A DNA stretch of 59,353 bases, counting the filler, from Squatina squatina (taxonomy: Eukaryota): the NCBI GenBank assembly GCA_031763465.1. It is 3 parts of 3 records of this genome, joined end to end, with 100 filler letters (N's around TTAATTAATTAA, not from the genome) between each part and the next. Parts side by side here need not be neighbours in the genome. Positions count along the whole stretch, not along the records: positions 39,293 to 59,353 come from JARFOE010000005.1; 2 more parts are not named here. The stretch is one strand, 5' to 3'. The translations under genes and the position numbers were made by a program. The notes beneath the pieces are model-generated. The model was not told the origin of the DNA. It made no database searches and saw only the letters and a program-made list of their open reading frames with translations. The stretch's first letter is position 1. Each line of letters starts with the position of its first letter. Of this stretch, positions 48,576 to 59,353 are shown in pieces.

Positions 48576-51500
48576 TTGTTCAATGATCTTTTACTGTTGT
48601 TTTCTAAGCCCACATTGGAGTGTGGCTCGTGTGCTATGAAGCTGTACGCCAACATAAGACTCATGAGAAGAGTTAGAAGATTTGAACGGGGGAGAAGAAG
48701 TACTCATTGGCAGCTAGCAACACATAAGAGGAAAGGCAAGGATAGCAGGAATCTCTTTTTTNNNNNNNNNNNNNNNNNNNNNNNNNNNNNNNNNNNNNNN
48801 NNNNNNNNNNNNNNNNNNNNNNNNNNNNNNNNNNNNNNNNNNNNNNNNNNNNNNNNNNNNNCATGTTGAACTCCAGCTTAAGTAGGCCGGCCAATTTTCC
48901 ATAGAATGACAGTCCATGTTACCCAACTAAACATTGCTTCACACACACTCCACCAAATCAAGCACATGCTCAGTGACGGTAGATCAGTCCAATTTTCTGT
49001 AACCTTAATTGTTGTGAAATTATTGAATTTTTGTGTAGTTCCGAAATATGAGGTTAGTAAATACATTCCCTAATCAGAGAGTTACACATAGACTCGGTCC
49101 CACATCTGTGTTTACCGCTCTTGTAATGAGGTAAAAGAGCACGGTTAGAAGTGGTATATTGTTCTCCTAAGCCCCATTAAATGATGGTCTGCTGTAACAC
49201 ATATGATTGTTTCCTTTGTAATTACTGGTAACAGAGGAATTGGATCTGTCCCCTGGGAATACAAATAATGTTCTTATAAAAATTCTGCATATTTGTCCTG
49301 ATACTTTTCATTATCAAACAAGAGTATTAGCTTGTGAGAGCATGGGCATGATTAGTCACAATTGATCATAAATAATATTATTCCACCCACAATAACAAGG
49401 ATTACCTGTTCCTTTCTTCTCCTCACTCAAGGTCTTTCTAAAATGGTAATATTAGCTACTTGTGCTTAAGCTGCATATTAAAATTATTACAAATAATTTA
49501 TGCCTCATCTTTTCTTTGAAGTACTGTTGTGCTCTCCTTAACATTTTAACAATTCAATCAAATTAACTGCTGTAAAAAAAGTCTCTGGAACCCCTGTCCC
49601 AAAAGTAACTGTGACAGCAGGTCTACGGGGATATGTACTTGACAGTACCATTACATAATTCATTGCTTTGAACTGGCACAGCTGAGTGCAGAGTGTAGCA
49701 AGTCTTGGATGAAGATGTTGAAGGAGCAGATTGCAATGACAAATCAGAACCTCCTGAGGTTTGGGAATGATGTACTTCAGGTTTGAACAGCTTGTATAAA
49801 TTGGTGAGAGGATGGTTCAGTGGGACTGCTGGAGGCAGAGTTAAAATGTGGAGCCTGGATGACAAAGTTTAACCTTATCTGAAGGTTGAGATGTAACCTG
49901 AGACGACAGGCGATGGGGGACTGAGGCTTGTGTGGAACTGATTTGGAGGGTGTTAAAAAGTTAAGTCGTACCCTTCGAAATAATGTAAGGCTGTGATGCT
50001 GGCTATTAATAGAATCTTTGCTCGAGGATGAAGTTGTTGCGGACTAGTACCAGGTTGAACTGTGAGAAGAGAGGGAACTGTGAGTATAGAAGAGTGCACT
50101 TGCTGTTCTAAAGAATGCCTTTGGTAAGCATCCACGGGAAGGTTATCCTGCAGATTTGTTTAAAATAATTATCCAAAACTTTTTTTTTAGTTTAAAAATG
50201 AGGGTTTGTTCTCAAAAGAATAGATGTAAAGCAACAAACTGTCTGACCTAATGTGAGGCCTGTGAATTTTGGAGTTTCATTCGCAAAATAAAATCCAGTT
50301 TCTCACATAACTTTAAACTGGTTAATCCTTAAATTGTTAAACAATTGTAGAGCAATTTCAGCCAGCCCACTGTTCCCCAATACTTCCCCGAAGGAATGGC
50401 AGAGCACAATTTCCTAAATTGCTGGCTGTAAAATTTCAGCAGTACAGCAAAGTTTGCTCCTTCTGATGGATTGAGATTCTACCTGATTGTTGTGCCCAGT
50501 ATTAAGTTCCTGTAACAGNNNNNNNNNNNNNNNNNNNNNNNNNNNNNNNNNNNNNNNNNNNNNNNNNNNNNNNNNNNNNNNNNNNNNNNNNNNNNNNNNN
50601 NNNNNNNNNNNNNNNNNNAAAATCATCCACATGTCTCTTGATGTGTGACGTCGTGTGTCTATGTGGACATTTCATTTTAGATTTTAGTCACACAATGTAA
50701 CCAGTATTAAAGAATGATTTGATTTGGAATTTCAAGGCATTGCCAGCTGTGCCATTTCACAGTTAAGTGGCAAATTAAAAGACTGGAAATGAGGCTCAGA
50801 CCCTGAACCAGTAGGTGGGAAATATCTTCTACGTAATGAGCAATTATCCAGTAAGAGCGGGAAGAGAGAACTGTGCGGGTACCGCTGAGTCTGTTAATAC
50901 AGTCTGCACAAATGAAGCCAGAGGAAAGAGGGAGTTCATTGGTGTGAGAAAGTTACTCATTAGGCTGGAAGTACGACAGCCCTACAACATGAGGAGGTCG
51001 AAGCAGGTGCTATCAAATCAATGAGAAATAATGATTTTTATATCGTTATCATCCGTAGAAAGAGAGAAAATCAATAAAATAAGTTTATGTGGCCATACAG
51101 GCTGTAAGTTGGTTTGGTTACAGGATAACATGTAGTTAAATATGTATTGCAGAAATAAATGTTGTCAAATCACGCTTTTAATTTTGACCCCTAGCACATT
51201 GAATGAATTTTGCTGTTAAGAGAAATTAAAATTGAAATTAATTAAATGAAGTGTTCGTCAAGATTATTTCTTGTTACTAAATGTAGTTTACCTCTGGATT
51301 GTGAACAGCCAGAATGCTCCTGTTAGTGTTCCGCCATCAAAAGGGAAGAAGGAAACAAAGGTTAATTTTCCAAACAGGCTTCATCTGGCAAGAATGGCCA
51401 ATCCACCAACACATTTCTAAAAACATTCTCAGTNNNNNNNNNNNNNNNNNNNNNNNNNNNNNNNNNNNNNNNNNNNNNNNNNNNNNNNNNNNNNNNNNNN

Positions 51501-54254
51501 NNNNNNNNNNNNNNNNNNNNNNNNNNNNNNNNNGGATGAATGGCCTATTCCTGTTCCAGTGTTTCAGCTGGGCAGCAGCTTACTTACACTGCCTGGCTGC
51601 AGCTTGAACTCTGCACAGGTGGGATTACATATATATGCAGGGTCCCCTCCCAGATTTTAAATGTTGGCACAGTGCAGGCATCATGCATTTCTTGTGCATT
51701 TAAAAGATATTTTGAAGGTACTTTATAATGTTTTCTTTTATTGCGCTGTGACTTACCTGGGTGCTGAAATTACACCACTGGTTGGGAACGTGGAAACACT
51801 TAACGTGATTGTCTGAAATTGCTCTATCTGTGTTTTTATCAGCGGTATTAACTTCTTTAAAATANNNNNNNNNNTTTAATGCATTAAAAATAAATAGGCT
51901 AACATCTCTTCTAAGGTAGTAGAGTGAACAATTTCAGACACATGCATTAAGCCTTCATATTTCAGCATCATTTCCGGGACTTGGCCTTTTATAAATGGAT
52001 TCTGGCACAACTTAAGAATGTGACAGGGTAATAGTAGCATTAACCTTTCTATTCTGGTGTCACTTCTGCTTTGTAAAAAGCATGTCACAATGACAACACT
52101 TTACTGATACCTTTAGGGACCCATATGAAAGGGATAAAAGTTAAGCTTAAATGTTTGCCACTCATTACCAGGATGTCAAATAATAGCAGGAAGATGATGT
52201 CATATGCTGCCTGCGTGCACTGGAGGCATGAGCAAAACTATATTGTTCATCACTTATTTAATCAGAAATGTAACCACACATCTCGTGCTCAAACCAGCCC
52301 AGTTCTGGTCCAATGTTCAAAGAACCATCTTGCCTGATGAGATTCCCTGACCTTCGAACTGAACATTTGCCAGCCCTAATATCCTTAAATCCTGTTTNNN
52401 NNNNNNNNNNNNNNNNNNNNNNNNNNNNNNNNNNNNNNNNNNNNNNNNNNNNNNNNNNNNNNNNNNNNNNNNNNNNNNNNNNNNNNNNNNNNNNNNNCCA
52501 TAAAATGATAATTGGCAGATTTAGCACCTCATTCACAGGATTAGAGAATTCCCACAGTCACTAGCTGAGATTATAAATCATATTGACAGCACTAGACACT
52601 CATAACACAGCATTCGCTGCATAAGGCAGCTTCTTGTTTAGCAATAAAATGAATTCTAAACAGCTAATTCTTCAGCTGTTAGAAATCTGTCAGTGCTGCA
52701 GGGTAGATTTGGAATAACATGTTTTTGCTTGGTGAAGACATGCTGCGCCTTGGTTTTCCTGGTGGAGATTAGATTTTATACATATCAGGGTTTTCATGGA
52801 ATACAAAGTTATGCCTTTTTTTTCTGTCTGATGTGGAAGTATGATTTGCTTTGTTATGTCACAATAATTACTTTGAAGTTACAATGAATTCTTTGTGACA
52901 TAAAGCGCCTTAGACTGCTTTCTGTGTTTGAGATAAAAGGAGGGAATGTCTTAAACAGGCACATTGTGATATAATGAATGTCAATTGCTTTTGTACTGTG
53001 GAGTAACTCGCATGGAATGCATGTTGTGTTGTAAAGTGGTCATACTTATTAATTGCAGCAGCATTAACCCATAGCACCACCAATAATTTCCAGGTAGCAG
53101 TCTGAAAATGATGGTTAGCTACATTACCCGACAAAGGTTCAAGGGGCGGCCAATTCGCGATTTTAGCATTTCTGGCACTAAGCGCCGAATTTAGCGCTGA
53201 AAGTGAGACTCTTAGAAAATTGTGATGAGGGTGGGGAGGGTCGGGTGGAGAGGAGGAATTGGAGCAATGCGTCACACCCTACTGCTGCATCAAGCGCCAG
53301 CTCAGAGACGTCCACCTGAATTAGCCACTTTACAATTTGAGCGTTCAAACACGAGCAAACTTTAGCATTAAGGAGCCCATAGTGAACTGACCTAATTGTG
53401 GTGTGGATGCAAATTCCACAGCTTGCTTCCAACCTGAATTCCAGAGTTTGCTTGCAACCTGACAGGCCACTTNNNNNNNNNNNNNNNNNNNNNNNNNNNN
53501 NNNNNNNNNNNNNNNNNNNNNNNNNNNNNNNNNNNNNNNNNNNNNNNNNNNNNNNNNNNNNNNNNNNNNNNNGGAGGGATATGGGGAGAAAATTATTGGA
53601 GAAATTGGAGAGAAAAAAAAACCCTGTCGCTGATGAACATGGCATTTTTTTTTCTATTTTTCTTTGGCAGAATAAGTCCTTGCAGATGAAGTACCCTTTG
53701 AAAAGATGTTATTCGAATGTGGATGTGATGTGGGCATTTAGATAACTAGCTCATTAGAGGTGAGCAGCTCATGTCCAGACATTGATTATTAAGGAATGGC
53801 GATCAGCGGTAATTATCTCTACAGTGTTGTCATCTTTAAGCTGTTTTGTGAAAATGAAATGATTACAGATTTTCATGCATAGTTGATTACAGTTTATACT
53901 GTTCTTGGCCTAATAAACAAGAAAATGATGAATAATTTATCATCTGGGCTTGCTCCTCATTTTATTCATACTTCATGCAAACGATATAAACATTTGCTCA
54001 GTTCCTTTGAGGTGTGATGAACGACATTCATTTTAAGCACAATTCTGTAGCATCTGAAAGCAACTCCCTCCCCCTAAGTCAATCCAGTGTGTAGGGAATT
54101 TAACTCACCTATTCAATGAATGTTCAACTAATAGAATAAAAGTGCAGTACCTTCNNNNNNNNNNNNNNNNNNNNNNNNNNNNNNNNNNNNNNNNNNNNNN
54201 NNNNNNNNNNNNNNNNNNNNNNNNNNNNNNNNNNNNNNNNNNNNNNNNNNNNNN

Positions 54255-54450
54255 CTGCTTGTGCGGATGTCAACTGAGAAAGGGATCAAATTCAGCTGTG
54301 ATGCTAGCCATGTTGAATAGCCAGCCGCCGCTCACGTTTTTAGACTCGCGCATAAAGAACGGCCACTTGAGTGCGGTATTGGAGGGCTGCCGGTAGCTAT
54401 GGTGATGTCCCAGCCTGAGTCGCGGCCTTCACTCAGTGGCGAGGGGCAAA
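54255..54450 (+). mobile_element. SINE-like repeat, 3' half
   Basis: GGATGTCA..CAGCTGTGATG..TTGAATAGCC..AAGAACGGCCACTTGAGTG, shared with the 3' part of the 46820 copy. Confidence 0.45.
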
Positions 54451-55668
54451 AAGGTAATAAAACTGAAAAACTGTTATTTATTGAAATAATTTTAACAAAA
54501 TAATCAAATTCAAATATACCAGCCCATGAGGTTCTCGGGTTAGAGAAAGCTGAAGACAGTATCACATTTATTTTCCACCCCTAGCTTTGCACTGCATATT
54601 CTGCAGAAATTCTGGCAGTGCCAGGTATTCAGTCACTTGTGTTTCTAAAGCATTAAAGGATTGCTGAATGATTTAACTATGTGCCTATGAAGATGGCACT
54701 AGACAGCGCAGAGGGCAGCCAAGCAAAAAGGAAATGAACTTGCACAGGGATCATATGGAGCCATGCTTGCAGCTGGATTAAATGCAGAAACTCGTAATTA
54801 GGCATTTTAAGTAAAAAGTTTTAAGGGCTTGGTTCTCTTTTAGTCTCTTCGATTTCAAAATTCAAATGAAGTGATCTGTACTTGAGGAGGATTAGTAATG
54901 TCCTCTACATCCACTGAGGGAACACGTGTCTAATTTCCCTTAGGTTACATTTCAGAAATATTTCAGATCAAAACATGCACAAGTCACCAGAGGAGTCAGT
55001 TAGAAACCTCAGCCAGAGTGCTGTGGAGCATTTTAAAATGCTTCTTTCAGGCAGAAAGAGACCAGGAATTGAGCCCAGTGAAGGCGCACAATTAATTCTG
55101 CTAGTTTGGTCAAAGTTTGGATGTTTATAGGAAGCCTGAGTCAAGATAATGAGTTAACGATTATCCTCGATCATTACAGAACACATCTCCAATACCTGGC
55201 TCATAAACTTTTATTTGTCTCAGAGGCTGCAGAATATGGCTGTAAGGATAATTCTAAACTAGTGTTAATCCACTTTATTTAAAAATGTTCTGCTTAAATG
55301 TAACTGATTTCCCAGTTTTTATCATACGGAGAAATGGGCACAGAACCTTGAAATGTGACAGGAGGGTAACATATACCAGAGCAAGTACCAATAAACAGGT
55401 GTAACATGAGAGGGCACGGATAAGGAAAGCAATCTGGGACTGTTCATAGGTCATTTCCTGAAAGTATCTGGACAGTGCAACCCATTTATGAACAAGGCAA
55501 ATAAGATACTGAAATGCATCTAGAGAATGTAGAATACAAGCCAGAACAAGTTAGGCTGGCATGATACAGATCAATGGGGAGGCCAGTTCTGGAGAATAGC
55601 ATTCAGTTACGGTCAGCCTAGCTCAATGATATTCATTAGAAAAAGGTTCCAAGAAGAATGAAACTTAC

Positions 55669-55955
55669 AGACTATCCCCTTCCTCGTGCTTTGGAGGTAG
55701 CTGATGAACATGAACTGTTGCTGTTGACACATCTGGAGCGGGGACGTTGGCAGTGGAGGAAGCTCGACTAGTTTTCACAGGAGAAGGAGCACGTACTGGG
55801 GCAGAAGTTGCACTTGGTAGGGAGGCTGGGGCGGAAGTGTGGCCAGCCTGAGTAGTAGTGGTGACTGGCACATCTGGTGGCTTGGAGATGGCTGTTCTGC
55901 TTACAGGTATAACGGGCTGAGGGTTGAGCTGGGGTAATGGCCTCAGACCGGATTG
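55669..55955 (-). CDS. Candidate exon (3' part) of an unidentified gene, Pro/Ser/Thr/Ala-rich
   Basis: 95 uninterrupted codons from the gap edge (QSGLRPLPQLNPQPVIPVSRTAISKPPDVPVTTTTQAGHTSAPASLPSATSAPVRAPSPVKTSRASSTANVPAPDVSTATVHVHQLPPKHEEGDS) ending at a consensus donor CT|GTAAGT. GC content drops right after the donor. Confidence 0.55.
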
Positions 55956-58900
55956 NNNNNNNNNNNNNNNNNNNNNNNNNNNNNNNNNNNNNNNNNNNNN
56001 NNNNNNNNNNNNNNNNNNNNNNNNNNNNNNNNNNNNNNNNNNNNNNNNNNNNNNNTCTTAATTCATTCATACGATCTAATCTTGACAAATACTGCTATCA
56101 AATGAAGCACTTTGCAAGCTCCAGCTTTAGAATACTGGACTTCTGACTGATGGTTAAATTCCAGCCTTAACGTAGTTACACTTCCTTTATTGCTTAACCT
56201 TTGTTAGGCTGCCCACAGAAATGGAGGACAAGCTTTCGAACTCACTCCTGACTAGACTCATATACTTCTTTGCTGGATGGCCCACTGACATTGATGACAA
56301 CTGCTGAGGTGTCCAAGTCTTGGAGATTGCCAGCCTTCTAACCAAAGAGACTTGTGTTGAGTACAGGAGAGGTAGGAAATGGAGGAGGCGATGGGAGATA
56401 GAAATTGAAGCAACGTTAATTGAATTTATTTCTCAAATAACTTGCATAAAATTCATTGCAATTATTCATGTTATTGGTTGCTAAGATATAAGGCATAAAT
56501 CTACATGGACGCATTATCTCCTGCAATTCTCAAGCAAACATTAGCCAATCGTCAAGACATTTCATGTTTCCTAATGGCCTTCAGAATTAAGCCCACCCGA
56601 ACACAGATAATTGAATGACCTAGAAATGTACGTTCCTGTAATAAGAGGCTGAATGAATAAAAACATGAACATTGACCCTCCCTGAGCACCTTGTCTCTGA
56701 TTAATAAACATATCAAAGAAATGAAACAGCACTCATTCAGACTCTAGTGGGAGTATCTCCTGACCGTAAGACATACTTTGGGATTTTTACAATAATGACA
56801 TTCACTACAAAACTATTGGCACAGAGGCTTAATGAAAATTAAAAGCATTTCTCGTCTCCCAGAGTATTAAACAAAACTTTGATGCCATGTTTAATATTTA
56901 ATGAACCAGCAAGCCAAACAGAACTTCTATTTGTCCTTGCACATTATAATTGCAGGTCATTGAACAATAGCACTGAAAGATTTAAACACCAGCCTCCAAG
57001 ATATTCAAGACAGACTTGATCTACTTACTACATAGAATTATATAGAATTAATTAGAATATACAGCACAGAAGAGGTGTTTATGCATCACTCAAGCCTCCT
57101 CCCGTCTTTCCTCATCCAACTCTACCGTTGTTTAGTGCTGCATTTAACTCTCAAGAGTTTTACATTCAAATTAATTCTTTAGCAGATGGAATTATTAGCT
57201 GCAATAACAAAAATGGGAAATTAAAATTGACGTTGATTAAATTAGAAGTATTATCCTGCCGTTCTGAGAAATATACGCTTCACCACGATCACAACACGAG
57301 CTGCTTCATCTGCTTCATTGTCTAGTTCACAAACAGTCGAANNNNNNNNNNNNNNNNNNNNNNNNNNNNNNNNNNNNNNNNNNNNNNNNNNNNNNNNNNN
57401 NNNNNNNNNNNNNNNNNNNNNNNNNNNNNNNNNNNNNNNNNATTTCAACTGTGGTTCTGTATGGATACAAATTACAGCAATAGGAAATTAGAAATTGAAA
57501 GTAAAATGTCAGAGAAAGCTTTCAAATCTGTTATATGGCACACATTCTAACAGCATTTGACTATAATTGGGTTTGGAGGATAAGACACACTGAGTCAATT
57601 TCACTGATAAATTTATGATTCTAAGTCCATCCTAAGCAACGATTTAGAAAAAGCTGCCAACAGGCTGAAACTTACGATCCTAACTGCACTATAAGTAAGG
57701 TCTAAACTTATATGGTTTGCTTCAGTGTTTCGACATGCCAGATGCTAAATCAAAACCTCAGCTTGACCCAGTCAAAAGGATAGCACAATGTTATGAGATT
57801 TTTGACATAGAATAATGGATGTGAGGAACAGACTGCACACTGAAGTAGTTTGTGTTCTGGTAATAAACTCACTGCGACAGAACCTCTGGGAGGCTAGGGT
57901 GGGGCAGAGATTCGACCTGGTCCAACTGGCCACAAGAAGACATGCAAGAACGATCAAGGAACATCTCCCATGGCATAGAATGAGTATCTCATCAGCAGAA
58001 GCGCTGCACTAATTGTAGCCGCGCCGGGTACCTGAAATTGAAAGTGTTCCTCAGCTTTAACACCCTACCCTTAATGGCCAAGTGCGCCTGAAGAGTTTAT
58101 AAAAATCTCAGTAGTCTTAAAAAAAACTATTCCTGAATAAATTATTTTATTGTACATTTAAAAAGTACACAATTTTTGATCAGTGCTATTGACCTCATCA
58201 CATATTTCAGATAGGTGCCATGTCATTAATGGCCACAACCAAAGTGGGTGGGTGTGTATGCAGAAATATCACTGCATCCCCTTACCACAGTGTAAATGGA
58301 CCACCTGTGATGGTTGAAGATGTTAAAAAGTAAAACATTTAGGGCACCCAATTTGTCCGTTTTTTTTGGCATTAAACTGGCGNNNNNNNNNNNNNNNNNN
58401 NNNNNNNNNNNNNNNNNNNNNNNNNNNNNNNNNNNNNNNNNNNNNNNNNNNNNNNNNNNNNNNNNNNNNNNNNNNNNNNNNNTTTGACACAGTTGAGACT
58501 GAGATCTCACGGCCGAGTGAATTGCATCCCAAATGGATGAAATCATATTCACTGGTGGAATTGGGCACATGTCAACTCCTTAGCAGTTTGGCAGAAGAAT
58601 CTGCATTGACTAGAACTTTATTATTATAGCACTCATTAATAGTTTTGCCTTTGAATACTTTGATACAAATTTCAACTTCATAACAGTCAATTAAATATTT
58701 AAACAGTACATTTACCATTAATTTTCTGTCAGTTCAAATGGATGCTCGCTGTTGCCTGCAGATACTGGAAGATCCGATGAGACACAAAATGCTATTCAAT
58801 CTTTAATTATAATGCCAGGTTTCACTAACAGATATCTACTTTGGAAGTGAAAATAGACAAGCCTTGAATGTTTAAAACCTTAAAAGAATCTCTGGGTACT

Positions 58901-59353
58901 TTCAGTAAAATTACACAAACTCTCTCCTGGTTAAGGCTTTCTGCAGGAGAGTGTGAAATGCAAAATATGGATAATTTATAAGTCTGCAGTGTAATATAGA
59001 TAAACTGAAGAATATATCCAGGAATCTGAAAAAAATATTTATGCACAAAGCATTCTCAAGGATGCAGTCTTTACCTGAAACACATTAAGTACCAATAAAT
59101 TAAATTTGCCAGTAATTAAGTCCAGTATCTTTTACTGCTACTATCTGCTGTGACAGGGGAGTTTTCTCAAAGACTTATCATCCTAAGTGGATTGGCATTG
59201 AAAATGTGATGAGTACCTTGTTTATACTGAGATCTGGCCGGGTTCAGTCGCTGGATGGAGTTGACCAATATTTTACTCTGAAACAACGTCACAGATGTTA
59301 ATTGGGCACATCTTGACTATCAGGCTCTGAAGTACTTTGAAGAGATATGCAGC

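Noticed and set aside
49623-50150. Ser/Pro-rich minus-strand ORFs as the next exon after 55669
   Set aside because: Candidate acceptors give early stops in the required phase, and the open stretches are split across frames with no recognisable homology.
1-59353. Prokaryotic systems (CRISPR arrays, operons, defence islands, phage)
   Set aside because: Spliced vertebrate genes and LINE/SINE content; no repeat-spacer arrays or dense coding blocks.

Overview
This is eukaryotic (vertebrate) DNA, not prokaryotic. Its repeats (CR1 LINE fragments, Deu-domain SINEs, RTE 3' ends, GC-rich MITE-like elements) point to a cartilaginous fish such as a shark or ray. The assembly is very fragmented: many nominal 100-N and 10-N gaps and one 432-N gap. 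Two artificial spacers (44 N + TTAATTAATTAA + 44 N, at 25994-26093 and 39193-39292) split the window into three probably unrelated scaffolds. Scaffold 1 (1-25993) has repeat-rich intergenic DNA, then the 3' half of MTERF1 (-), three LRRD1 coding exons (+) and AKAP9 exon 2 (+). These are human 7q21 neighbours, but in a different order from human as I recall it. Scaffold 2 (26094-39192) has a degenerate spliced Myb/SANT-like transposon gene, SINEs and one 132-bp BH/RhoGAP exon of a p85-type PI3K regulatory subunit. Scaffold 3 (39293-59353) is almost entirely non-coding, with enhancer-like homeodomain-site-rich blocks and one unidentified Pro/Ser/Thr-rich exon (-). I found no convincing new biological system. 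The best leads are the MTERF1/LRRD1/AKAP9 arrangement, which PIK3R paralogue the p85-type exon belongs to, and the orphan exon. All gene and repeat names come from recalled sequences, not database searches.
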